Source: Rhizobiales bacterium NRL2
GTDB lineage: Bacteria; Pseudomonadota; Alphaproteobacteria; Minwuiales; Minwuiaceae
DNA length: 24,000 nt
Reading direction: 5' to 3'
Assembly: GCA_001664005.1 (NCBI GenBank)
Contig: CP016093.1
Location: forward strand, 3,377,031 to 3,401,030
Of this stretch, positions 12,973-21,291 are shown one piece after another. The number at the start of each line of letters is the position of its first letter. Position 1 is the stretch's first letter. The position numbers and the translations under genes are program-made. The notes below the pieces were generated by a model. The model saw only the letters and a program-made list of their open reading frames with translations, made no database searches and was not told the origin of the DNA.

Positions 12973-15333
12973 CTAGATCTTGACCGAACGCAGCCGGAGA
13001 GCGTTGCCGACTACCGATACGGACGACAGACTCATCGCCGCGGCCGCGAATATCGGTGAGATCAAAATCCCGAAGTACGGGAAGAGGATCCCCGCCGCCA
13101 CCGGCACGCCCGCGGCGTTGTAGACCAAGGCGAAAAACAGGTTTTGCTTGATGTTGCGCATCGTCGCACGAGAGAGCTTCCTGGCCCGGACGATGCCGTT
13201 GAGATCGCCTTTGACCAGGGTAAAACCCGCGCTCTCGATCGCCACGTCGGCGCCGGTGCCCATGGCGATGCCGACATCGGCCTGGGCCAGTGCAGGTGCG
13301 TCGTTGACGCCATCGCCCGCCATCGCGACCTTTCGGCCTTCGTCTTGCAGCTCCTTGATGATGTGCGCCTTGTCTTCGGGCAACACGTCGGCACGGATCT
13401 CGTCGATCCCGAGTTTTCCAGCCACCGCCTTCGCGGTACGCTCGTTGTCGCCAGTCGCCATGACGATGCGGAAGCCTTGTTCGTGCAGCGCCTTCAGCGC
13501 GTCCGGCGTCGTCTCCTTGACCGGATCGGCGACCGACACGAGACCGGCGATTTCGGACCCGACGATGACGAACATCACCGTTTCGCCTTCGTCACGTCGA
13601 GCATTGGCGGTCTCGGAGAGCTTGCCGCCGTCGAGCCCCAGATCGGCGAGAAGCTTTGCGTTGCCGAGCGCCACTGATTTGCCGTCGACGATGCCTTTTA
13701 CCCCTTTGCCGGTGACGGCTTCGAATTCATTCGCGTTAGCCAGCGCAACATCGCGTTCTTCGGCCCCGGTGACGATGGCTTCGGCGAGTGGGTGCTCCGA
13801 GCCCCGCTCCAGGCTTGCGGCCAAGCGCAGCACGTCGTCCTCCTCATGCCCGGGTTGCGGCAAGACGGCGACGAGCTTCGGCTTGCCGACGGTCAGCGTC
13901 CCCGTCTTGTCGACGATCAGCGTGTCGACCTTGGCGAAGCGTTCCAGCGCCTCGGCGTTCTTGATCAGCACGCCGGCTTGTGCGCCTCGGCCCGTTGCCG
14001 TCATGATCGACATCGGCGTTGCCAGGCCCAGCGCGCACGGACAGGCGATGATCAAAACGGCGACTGCCGAGACCAGTCCATATGAGAGTGCCGGGGCAGG
14101 CCCCCAAAGAGACCATGCGATGAATGAGAGAATTGCAATGACGATCACGGCTGGTACGAACTTGCCCGCCACAGAGTCGGCAAGTTTCTGGATCGGGGCA
14201 CGGCTGCGCTGCGCGTTCGCGACCATCTCGACGATCTGGCTCAGCATGGTGTCGGAGCCGACGCGTTCGGCTTCGATCACGAGACTGCCCGTGCCGTTGA
14301 TTGTGGCGCCGGTTACCTTGTCGCCCTCGACTTTCTCGACCGGAACCGGTTCGCCGGAGATCATCGATTCATCGATCGACGAACGTCCCTCGACCACCAC
14401 GCCGTCGACGGGCACCTTGTCGCCCGGGCGGACGCGCAGCCGATCGCCGACCTCGACGTCCTCGAGCGGGATTTCCTCCTCGCTCCCGTCCTTGCGGATC
14501 ACCCGGGCGGTCTTGGCGGCCATATCCAAAAGGGCGCGAATCGCCGAGCCCGTTCGCTCGCGCGCGCCGAGCTCCATCACCTGGCCGAGCAGCACCAGCA
14601 CGACGATCACCGCGCCGGCTTCAAAATAGACCCCGACATGGCCCTCCGCATCGCGGAATCCGTCCGGGAAAATCTCCGGCACGAGCACGGCGACGACACT
14701 GAAGAGATAGGCCGCGCCGACGCCCATCCCGATGAGCGTGAACATGTTGAGACTGCGGTTGATCACCGACTTGACGCCACGCACGAAGAATGGCCAACCG
14801 GCCCAGAGAATGACCGGTGTCCCCAAAGCGAGTTCGATCCACAGCGTTACACGCTCGCCGAAGATGTCGCGGACGAAACCGAGCCCAACAAAGGGGCCCA
14901 TCGTCAGCACAAGAAGCGGAACCGTCAGCACGGCGCCGATCCAAAACCGGCGCTTGAAATCGACAAGCTCGGGATTCGGTCCGTCATCGGGGGCTGGAAC
15001 CCCCATAGGCTCCAGCGCCATGCCGCAGATCGGACATTCTCCCGGTTCGTCCCGCACGATCTCGGGATGCATCGGGCAGGTATATTTCGTGCCCTTAGGC
15101 GCTGTTTCGGCCTTGTGCTCGCCGGCGAGATAATGCTCCGGGTCGGCCGCGAACTTATCGTGGCACTTTTGAGAACAAAAGTGATAGGTCTCACCCTCGT
15201 ACTCTCGGCTCGGCTTGTCCTGATCCACCTGCACCGTCATTCCGCAAACCGGATCTCTGGCCGTCATAGCCTTGACCGAAGCTGTTGCACCGTCAGAGCG
15301 ATGGCTGTGATCGTGATCATCGTGCTTGTTCAT
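12973..15333 (-). CDS. Cu(I)/Ag(I)-translocating P1B-type ATPase with a His-rich, YHS and CPxCG N-terminus
   Basis: CPC motif ([13 protein letters not shown]), DKTGTLT phosphorylation site, GDGVNDAP, and YN ([12 protein letters not shown]) plus MxxSS ([10 protein letters not shown]) transmembrane signatures of Cu(I) pumps. The N-terminus reads HDDHDHSH, then DPVCGMTV...[12 protein letters not shown], then [22 protein letters not shown]. Confidence 0.95.
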   Translation of the reverse strand: MNKHDDHDHSHRSDGATASVKAMTARDPVCGMTVQVDQDKPSREYEGETYHFCSQKCHDKFAADPEHYLAGEHKAETAPKGTKYTCPMHPEIVRDEPGECPICGMALEPMGVPAPDDGPNPELVDFKRRFWIGAVLTVPLLVLTMGPFVGLGFVRDIFGERVTLWIELALGTPVILWAGWPFFVRGVKSVINRSLNMFTLIGMGVGAAYLFSVVAVLVPEIFPDGFRDAEGHVGVYFEAGAVIVVLVLLGQVMELGARERTGSAIRALLDMAAKTARVIRKDGSEEEIPLEDVEVGDRLRVRPGDKVPVDGVVVEGRSSIDESMISGEPVPVEKVEGDKVTGATINGTGSLVIEAERVGSDTMLSQIVEMVANAQRSRAPIQKLADSVAGKFVPAVIVIAILSFIAWSLWGPAPALSYGLVSAVAVLIIACPCALGLATPMSIMTATGRGAQAGVLIKNAEALERFAKVDTLIVDKTGTLTVGKPKLVAVLPQPGHEEDDVLRLAASLERGSEHPLAEAIVTGAEERDVALANANEFEAVTGKGVKGIVDGKSVALGNAKLLADLGLDGGKLSETANARRDEGETVMFVIVGSEIAGLVSVADPVKETTPDALKALHEQGFRIVMATGDNERTAKAVAGKLGIDEIRADVLPEDKAHIIKELQDEGRKVAMAGDGVNDAPALAQADVGIAMGTGADVAIESAGFTLVKGDLNGIVRARKLSRATMRNIKQNLFFALVYNAAGVPVAAGILFPYFGILISPIFAAAAMSLSSVSVVGNALRLRSVKI

Positions 15334-15413
15334 TGGCTTGTTCCGGCTTTCCGGTTCGATTGACGATGTATGCTGCGGTCTTCCGCGACTCTGGCTTTTG
15401 TTGGACGACGGTT

Positions 15414-15749
15414 TCAGTCGGAGAGCAGACGCTTTCGTTCTTCGAACTCCTCCTTGTCAATCTCGCCGCGGGCAAAGCGTTCGTGAAGGATGTCGAGGGG
15501 CCCGTTCGTTCGTGATTGCGATCGGGCTACCCGTCCTGAATCGCCACCTAGCCAGCGGGCCGCGAGTATGATCGCGAGGATGATCCCGCCCCAGAAGACG
15601 ATCATCATGACGGAGCCAAAAATCATGTGTCCCCAGCCCCAGCCATAGTGCCAATAGTCGGATCGATCGGCCGGGGTTTGCGCAAGTGCCGGCATCGATA
15701 CCACCGCGGTGGGCAGCGCCAGGGCCAAATTCGTCAATTGTCTTCTCAT
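15414..15749 (-). CDS. SHOCT-domain membrane protein
   Basis: A signal or TM segment, then [36 protein letters not shown], then the C-terminal SHOCT motif [25 protein letters not shown]. It is the first gene upstream of the ATPase. Confidence 0.75.
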   Translation of the reverse strand: MRRQLTNLALALPTAVVSMPALAQTPADRSDYWHYGWGWGHMIFGSVMMIVFWGGIILAIILAARWLGGDSGRVARSQSRTNGPLDILHERFARGEIDKEEFEERKRLLSD

Positions 15750-15960
15750 TTGACGCTCCTTTCGTGGTACATGGCCTGTCCAATCATCTCTTCGATGTGA
15801 AATGCGACTTCGGCGTACAAACCGTCACCGCTGTCGGTATTCGCGGAAACGTTCGCAGGATCTCTGTTCTCACATCTATAAGGACGGCGAGAGACGCTCA
15901 GCGTTACAGTGACGGGGATTCGAGGCAGTGATGGACTGAGGCGGCAGAGATCGTCTGAAG
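15746..15960 (-). pseudogene. Decayed fabI/SDR-like gene remnant abutting the SHOCT gene
   Basis: The minus-strand frame reads ...[38 protein letters not shown]. Compare the C-terminus of the intact FabI at 16389: ASDYTSAITGETLYVDAGFHIEGMVFH*. Its stop overlaps the SHOCT ATG as ATGA. Upstream similarity is weak and changes frame (QTISAASV vs NAISAGAV). Confidence 0.35.
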
Positions 15961-16173
15961 CTCTTTGGGAGCCTCGCCTGCCGTGCCTGAACAGGCGTAG
16001 AGCGAAGGCGGAACAGCGGCACTCGGCCCGAAATCGGCTGCCGATCGTCCATAGATCGGTCGTTCGAAACCCTACAAAATTGTGTTCCGGATACTCGTAA
16101 AGGTCCTCTGCAAGAGACGCATCGCTAAGCTTTCACGACGATCCGTTCTTCGTCTGACGTCACAGGTCTGCGG

Positions 16174-16389
16174 CTACGTATCCTTACCGGCCGATGGCTG
16201 CGAGAAATAGGCCAGTGAGGAGGAGTATCGTTCCGGCGCTGTGAGAAAGAGCTTGTGACAGCCCTCCGAGCAGAAAAAATACGCCCAGCCCTCACACTCC
16301 TCCTGGGCGACGGCCTTTTCGGGCGTCAGGCGCATGCCGCATACTGGGTCGGTTACCATTACGTCTTTTTCGGGTTCGAAGCCGGCCAT
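16174..16389 (-). CDS. YHS (TRASH-type) domain protein, 71 aa
   Basis: DPVCGMRLTPEKAVAQEECEGWAYFFCSEGCHKLFLTAPERY is the canonical YHS pattern (DPVCGM...Y.FCS..C...F...P..Y). Its start overlaps the fabI stop (TGATG). Confidence 0.85.
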   Translation of the reverse strand: MAGFEPEKDVMVTDPVCGMRLTPEKAVAQEECEGWAYFFCSEGCHKLFLTAPERYSSSLAYFSQPSAGKDT

Positions 16390-17171
16390 CAGTGAAACAC
16401 CATCCCTTCGATGTGAAAGCCCGCGTCGACGTAGAGCGTTTCCCCGGTGATGGCGCTCGTATAATCGCTCGCCAGCATAAGCGCCGTACGTCCCACCTCG
16501 CAGGCGTCCACCGTGCGCCGCAGCGGCGCCTTGCGGACGGTCTCATTCAATAGTTCGTCGAAATGCTCGATGCCCGAGGCCGCACGTGTCGCGACCGCCC
16601 CGGCCGAAATCGCGTTCACCCGGATCGCCTTGCCACCGTGTTCATGGGCCAGGTAGCGTACAGACGCTTCAAGGGCGGCCTTCACTGGCCCCATGACATT
16701 GTAATGATCGACCACTTTTTCTGCGCCGTAGTAGCTGAGCGTCGTCAAGCTGCCACCTTTGTCCATGAGCGGCTCGGCGAGCTTCGCCATACGGATGAAG
16801 GAGTGGCACGAGATAAGCATCGATTCAGCGAAGCCTTCTCCCGAACAATCGGTCAACCGGCCATGGAGATCTTCCTTACGGGCCCATGCGATCGCATGAA
16901 ACAGAAAATCCAATCGGCCCCATTTCTGCTCGATCTCCCCGAAGACGGCCTCCAATTGTCCCGGCTCGGCGACATTGCAGGGCAGGAAAAGTTGCGCGTC
17001 CACCTGTTGCGAAAGCGGCTCAACAAAGGGCTTGGCCTTGTCGTTCAGATAGGTGATGGCAAGATCGGCGCCGGCGTTCCCAAAATGCTGGGCCGCCGAC
17101 CAGGCCAAACTGTGTTCGTTGGCAATTCCCACCACCAACCCCTTCCGGCCTTTCATATCGATGAGTTCCAT
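16389..17171 (-). CDS. fabI: Enoyl-[acyl-carrier-protein] reductase (NADH), FabI family
   Basis: ORF 16389-17231 trimmed to ATG 17171 (AAAGGAG upstream). MELIDMKGRKGLVVGIANEHSLAW.... The Tyr-x6-Lys catalytic pair lies in HYNVMGPVKAALE. IRVNAISAGAVATRAASGI and ITGETLYVDAGFHI are also present. Confidence 0.9.
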   Translation of the reverse strand: MELIDMKGRKGLVVGIANEHSLAWSAAQHFGNAGADLAITYLNDKAKPFVEPLSQQVDAQLFLPCNVAEPGQLEAVFGEIEQKWGRLDFLFHAIAWARKEDLHGRLTDCSGEGFAESMLISCHSFIRMAKLAEPLMDKGGSLTTLSYYGAEKVVDHYNVMGPVKAALEASVRYLAHEHGGKAIRVNAISAGAVATRAASGIEHFDELLNETVRKAPLRRTVDACEVGRTALMLASDYTSAITGETLYVDAGFHIEGMVFH

Positions 17172-17282
17172 TTTTGCGCTTGCTCCTTTCTCCGGCCAGG
17201 CGGGCCAGGCGCGATCCGTCTCGCCGCGCACGATATTATTCGGGACCAGACATAGCTGCGGACGACAGGGTCACAGCCTGGG

Positions 17283-19067
17283 TCAGGGCATCAGCACATA
17301 GGTGCCGGGCGCTTCGCCCAGCCGCCGATAGCCCTTGCGCGCCGCCCCCAGGCCAGGGGGCTTAACGGGTTCACCCGAATGGTCGCTAAGCCACCCTAGC
17401 CAACAGGGCCACCATGAACCCTCATGGTGGGTGGCCCGCGCCTGCCAGGCGTCAGGGTCCAGGTAGGCCGCGAGATCATCGTGGGTGGCGATCTGGTGAC
17501 GACGCCGGGTGTTGCCAGGTGGGCTCACAATGCCGGCATTGTGGCCGCCATTGGATAGTACGAAGGTAACATCGGCATTGGTTTGGCTGTGGATCTTGTA
17601 AACCGACCGCCACGGCGCGACATGGTCCGAGAGCGTGCTGACCGCAAAAATCGGAATGCGGATGTCATGCAACGACACCGGGCGACCGTCGACGCGATAG
17701 CGTTCGTCCGCCAGATCATTGTCGAGGAACAGCTGCCGGAGATATTCGGAGTGCATCCTGGCAGGCATGCGCGTGGCGTCAGCATTCCACGCCATCAGGT
17801 CGAACATCGGTCGGCGCTCTCCCATGAGATAATTCTGAACCATGGCCGACCAGATGAGGTCGTTGGAGCGAAGCAGCTGGAACGTGCCGGCCATCTGCTT
17901 GGTATCGAGACAGCCCTGCTCGGCCATGATGTCCTCGAGAAAGCTGACCTGGGCCTCGTCAATGAACAGCATCAATTCGCCGGCTTCCGTGAAGTCCGTC
18001 TGCGCGGCGAAGAGGGTCATGGTTGCCAGCCGGTCGTCGCCATCGCGGACCATGGCCGCCGCAGCAATCGACAAGAGCGTTCCACCGAGGCAGTAGCCGA
18101 CGCCGTGGACGCGGCTTTCCGGCGCGATAGCTGACACCGCGTCGAGCGCGGCCATGACGCCCAGCCGGCGATAGTCCTCCATACCAAGGTCGCGATCTTC
18201 GACCGTCGGATTTTTCCAGGAGATCATGAAGACCGTGTGACCCTTCTCGACCAAGTATTTCACCAGCGAGTTCTCGGGGCTAAGGTCGAGGATATAGTAT
18301 TTCATGATCCAGGCAGGCACGATCAGGATAGGCTCGGGATGAACCTTATCCGTCGCCGGCATGTATTGGATCAGTTCGATCAATTCGTTACGGAAAATCA
18401 CTTGGCCCGGTGTAACCGCCAGGTTGTCGCCGACCGCGAACCGTTCCGTGCCGGCAGGTCGCCCCCCACTGACCGCGCGTTGCCAGTCTTCGAAGAAGTT
18501 CACCGCGCCGCGCACCAGATTTTGGCCCCCGGTATCGAGGGTCTCCTTCAGGACCTCGGGGTTGCTCGACGGAAAATTCGCAGGCGACATCATATCGAGC
18601 AACTGCCGGGCAACGAAGGAAACGACCTCTTCATGGTGCCTGGAGACGCCGGAGATGCCGGTTGTGGCGTTGTGCCACCATTGCTGGGTCAGGAGAAAAC
18701 CTTGATAGATCGCGTTATATGGCCATGCCTGCCACGGATCGCCGGCAAAGCGTTTGTCCTGCGGCAGGGGCTCGATGCAGGCCTCGCAATGAGGATCCGA
18801 GCAAGCCCGTGAACAGTATTCCAGATAGCGCGCCCATTTGCGGACGGCCTTCTGAACTAGTTCTATTTGCTTGTCGGGCGACATGACGAGATGCTGCGCC
18901 CAGTCCGTATACGCTTGAGCAAGCGCCACGGGTGACACACCGGCGGTGATCTGCCCGAGTGTCGCATGGAGAGGTTGATCCAGGGATAAACCCCTCCCCA
19001 ACGGTTCGTTGCGAGGCGTTGCCAGCGCGGTTTGCTCCGTTCGTACTTTCGTTGGATGGTGCCCCAT
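17283..19067 (-). CDS. phaC: Class I poly(R)-hydroxyalkanoate synthase
   Basis: 594 aa. Lipase-box with Cys nucleophile GVGYCLGGT, WNADATRMP (catalytic Asp region) and GGHNAGIV (His). The conserved PhaC N-domain is present (PDKQIELV...RFAGDPW). It starts 3 nt after the pta stop. Confidence 0.93.
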   Translation of the reverse strand: MGHHPTKVRTEQTALATPRNEPLGRGLSLDQPLHATLGQITAGVSPVALAQAYTDWAQHLVMSPDKQIELVQKAVRKWARYLEYCSRACSDPHCEACIEPLPQDKRFAGDPWQAWPYNAIYQGFLLTQQWWHNATTGISGVSRHHEEVVSFVARQLLDMMSPANFPSSNPEVLKETLDTGGQNLVRGAVNFFEDWQRAVSGGRPAGTERFAVGDNLAVTPGQVIFRNELIELIQYMPATDKVHPEPILIVPAWIMKYYILDLSPENSLVKYLVEKGHTVFMISWKNPTVEDRDLGMEDYRRLGVMAALDAVSAIAPESRVHGVGYCLGGTLLSIAAAAMVRDGDDRLATMTLFAAQTDFTEAGELMLFIDEAQVSFLEDIMAEQGCLDTKQMAGTFQLLRSNDLIWSAMVQNYLMGERRPMFDLMAWNADATRMPARMHSEYLRQLFLDNDLADERYRVDGRPVSLHDIRIPIFAVSTLSDHVAPWRSVYKIHSQTNADVTFVLSNGGHNAGIVSPPGNTRRRHQIATHDDLAAYLDPDAWQARATHHEGSWWPCWLGWLSDHSGEPVKPPGLGAARKGYRRLGEAPGTYVLMP

Positions 19068-19070
19068 GGT

Positions 19071-20093
19071 TCACGCTCCCATCGGACAGCACGCGGCTTC
19101 AGGTTGAGCCGCGCAATGAATGGCCGATTCCGATTCTCCTCGTTGCAACTGCTGCGACCGAGGCAGCGCAGATTGATGCATCAGGACGGCGAGCGCCAGC
19201 GCCGCCAACCGGGCGGCCGGCGGATCGGCGCGGGAGCTGAGCACCACCGGCGTGGCGAGGCCCATGACGACGCCCGCCGCCGTGGCGCCGGCCAGATATT
19301 CGAGATTCTTGGTCAAGATGTTGCCGGAAACGAGATCGGGGACCAGCAGGATATCGACATCTCCGGAGACCTCCGAGACGATGCCTTTCTCGCGGGCTGC
19401 GACGGCTGAGATGGCGTTGTCAAAGGCCATTGGGCCGTCGACGATCGCACCTGCAATCTGGCCCCGTTTGGCCATCAAAGCGAGACAGGCCGCGTCGAGG
19501 GTTGATGCAATGGCCGGATTGACCGTCTCGACTGCGGACAACACAGCTGCCTTCGGTGTTTCTATGCCAAGGAGCGTGAAAAGCGCGATGGCGTTCTCAA
19601 GAATCTGCGCTTTCGCGTTGAGGTCCGGCATGATGTTGATGGCCGCGTCCGTGATCGCGAGGAGCTTCGGATAGGCTGGAATGTCGACCATGAAGACGTG
19701 GCTGACGCGGCGACCTGGGAGTCTGAGGCCGCGGTCCGTGTCTAGCAGGGCCCGCATGAAGGCATCGGTGTGAATGTGACCCTTCATGACCGCGTCGGCA
19801 TCGCCGTTTCGGACGAGATCGACACCGGCGCGGGCCATATCGGGGTCGCTCTTTGCGGAGATGATCGCAGCCCGGTCGATCTCCACATTGGAGGAGGCTG
19901 CGCAGTCCAGAATCGCGTCGGGATCGCCGACGAGCCGGGGTACGATCAGGCCAAGCGCCACAGCTTCCTGAACCGTTTCGAGGACAAGGCCTTGATCGGC
20001 GGCGACCACGGCGACGCGGATTGGCGTGCGCTCCTTCGCACGTGCGACGAGATCCTCGAGAGTGGCGGGATGATCAACCATGGGCTCGCACAT
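19071..20093 (-). CDS. pta: Phosphate acetyl/butyryl-transferase family protein (Pta/Ptb-like, 340 aa, no MaoC or DRTGG domains)
   Basis: ...IRVAVVAADQGLVLETVQEAVALGLIVPRLVGDPDAI...DAVMKGHIHTDAFMRALL...HVFMVDIPAYPKLLAITDAAINI...PKAAVLSAVE...SGDVDILLVPDLVSGNILTKNLEYLAG shows the PTA_PTB family layout. An alternative start is at 20081. It overlaps the ackA stop. Confidence 0.85.
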   Translation of the reverse strand: MCEPMVDHPATLEDLVARAKERTPIRVAVVAADQGLVLETVQEAVALGLIVPRLVGDPDAILDCAASSNVEIDRAAIISAKSDPDMARAGVDLVRNGDADAVMKGHIHTDAFMRALLDTDRGLRLPGRRVSHVFMVDIPAYPKLLAITDAAINIMPDLNAKAQILENAIALFTLLGIETPKAAVLSAVETVNPAIASTLDAACLALMAKRGQIAGAIVDGPMAFDNAISAVAAREKGIVSEVSGDVDILLVPDLVSGNILTKNLEYLAGATAAGVVMGLATPVVLSSRADPPAARLAALALAVLMHQSALPRSQQLQRGESESAIHCAAQPEAACCPMGA

Positions 20094-21291
20094 TCTCCTT
20101 TCCGGATGCGCTCAGAATGTTTTGCGTGTGACACGCGATGACCAACTCCTCGTCAGTCTTGAAGGCTTCGATGAGCACACCGCTGTCATCGGTCGATATG
20201 AGGTGTTGTTGACCGGCGTTCCGCTCCGCGTCGAGCGTGAGACCGAGATAGTCAAGCCCCTCGCAGATGCTGGCGCGGATTTCGGGCGAGTTAGCGCCGA
20301 TACCGCCGGTGAAAATCAACCGATCGAGACCGCCGAGCGCGGCCGTCAGGCCAGCCAGGTGCCGGCGTGCATGGTGGCTGAAGAAATCGATCGCCTCCGC
20401 CGCCTCTGGAACGTCCCGCCGGGCCAGGAGATCGGCCATGTTGCGGCTCAAGCCGGACAGACCGAGCAGGCCCGATTCGGTGTAGAGCACCTGTTGAAGG
20501 GCGTCGGGAGTCATTTGCTTTTCGATCAGGAGGTGCAGGAGAACGCCGGGATCGAGATCGCCGGGACGCGTCCCCATGGGAAGGCCGGCAAGTGTACTGA
20601 AGCCCATGGTGGTCTCGACGCTGTGTCCGTTCCTGATCGCCGCCATCGACGCGCCGTTGCCGAGATGGGCAACAATGATTCGTTCCTCCGCAGCTGCGTC
20701 GCCGTCACGCCGGCGTACCTCGCCGATGACATACTCATAAGACAGGCCGTGAAAACCGTAGCGCCGGATACCCTCTTGCTCGAAACGGCGCGGCAAGCCG
20801 GTCAAGCGCGCCACGCGTGACAAGCCATGGTGAAACGCGGTGTCGAAGCAGGCGACCTGCGGGAGATCGGGCCGTTGTCGTCGGACCGCTGTGATGCCGG
20901 CCAGGTTATGGGGCAGATGGAGGGGCGCGAGCGGGACCAGTTGCTTCAGCCGGACCTCGAGCGCGGGCGTGACCACACGCGAACAATCACAGCCCTCTCC
21001 GCCATGTACCAACCGGTGGCCAACGGCAACGGGTGTCGCTTGCGTGTCGCGATCCTCGGCCCAGTTCAGAAGCAGGTCGAGGGCCGCGTCATGGTCGGGA
21101 ATTGCCCGCGTTTCATCGACCAGTGCCGTCCTGTCCGCTGCCCTCACAAGGAAACGTCCTTCGTCGAAGCCAATGCGTTCCAGAGAACCCGACCAGGTTC
21201 GCTGGGGCTCGGCGGGAGCCGCGTCGAACAGCGCGAACTTGACGCTGGAGGATCCGCTATTGATGACCAGGATCGCGCCATCAACGGCCAT
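20074..21291 (-). CDS. ackA: Acetate/propionate (short-chain acyl) kinase
   Basis: ORF 20074-21312 trimmed to ATG 21291. MAVDGAILVINSGSSSVKFALF..., VGHRLVHGG, CFDTAFHH, RRYGFHGLSYEY, AHLGNGASM, FTGGIGANS. It overlaps the upstream stop by 11 nt. Confidence 0.9.
   Translation of the reverse strand: MAVDGAILVINSGSSSVKFALFDAAPAEPQRTWSGSLERIGFDEGRFLVRAADRTALVDETRAIPDHDAALDLLLNWAEDRDTQATPVAVGHRLVHGGEGCDCSRVVTPALEVRLKQLVPLAPLHLPHNLAGITAVRRQRPDLPQVACFDTAFHHGLSRVARLTGLPRRFEQEGIRRYGFHGLSYEYVIGEVRRRDGDAAAEERIIVAHLGNGASMAAIRNGHSVETTMGFSTLAGLPMGTRPGDLDPGVLLHLLIEKQMTPDALQQVLYTESGLLGLSGLSRNMADLLARRDVPEAAEAIDFFSHHARRHLAGLTAALGGLDRLIFTGGIGANSPEIRASICEGLDYLGLTLDAERNAGQQHLISTDDSGVLIEAFKTDEELVIACHTQNILSASGKENVRAHG

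Noticed and set aside
13148-14629. 493-aa Ser/Ala/Thr/Pro-rich ORF on the plus strand, plus other plus-strand ORFs from 13144 to 15363
   Set aside because: These are antisense to the P-type ATPase gene. The translation is low-complexity and the ATPase frame is fully supported.
16155-16162. Perfect 8-bp palindrome TGACGTCA just downstream of the YHS gene
   Set aside because: It is too short to distinguish from chance. It does not match FNR/CRP-type TTGAT-N4-ATCAA boxes, which I also looked for without success upstream of the operons.
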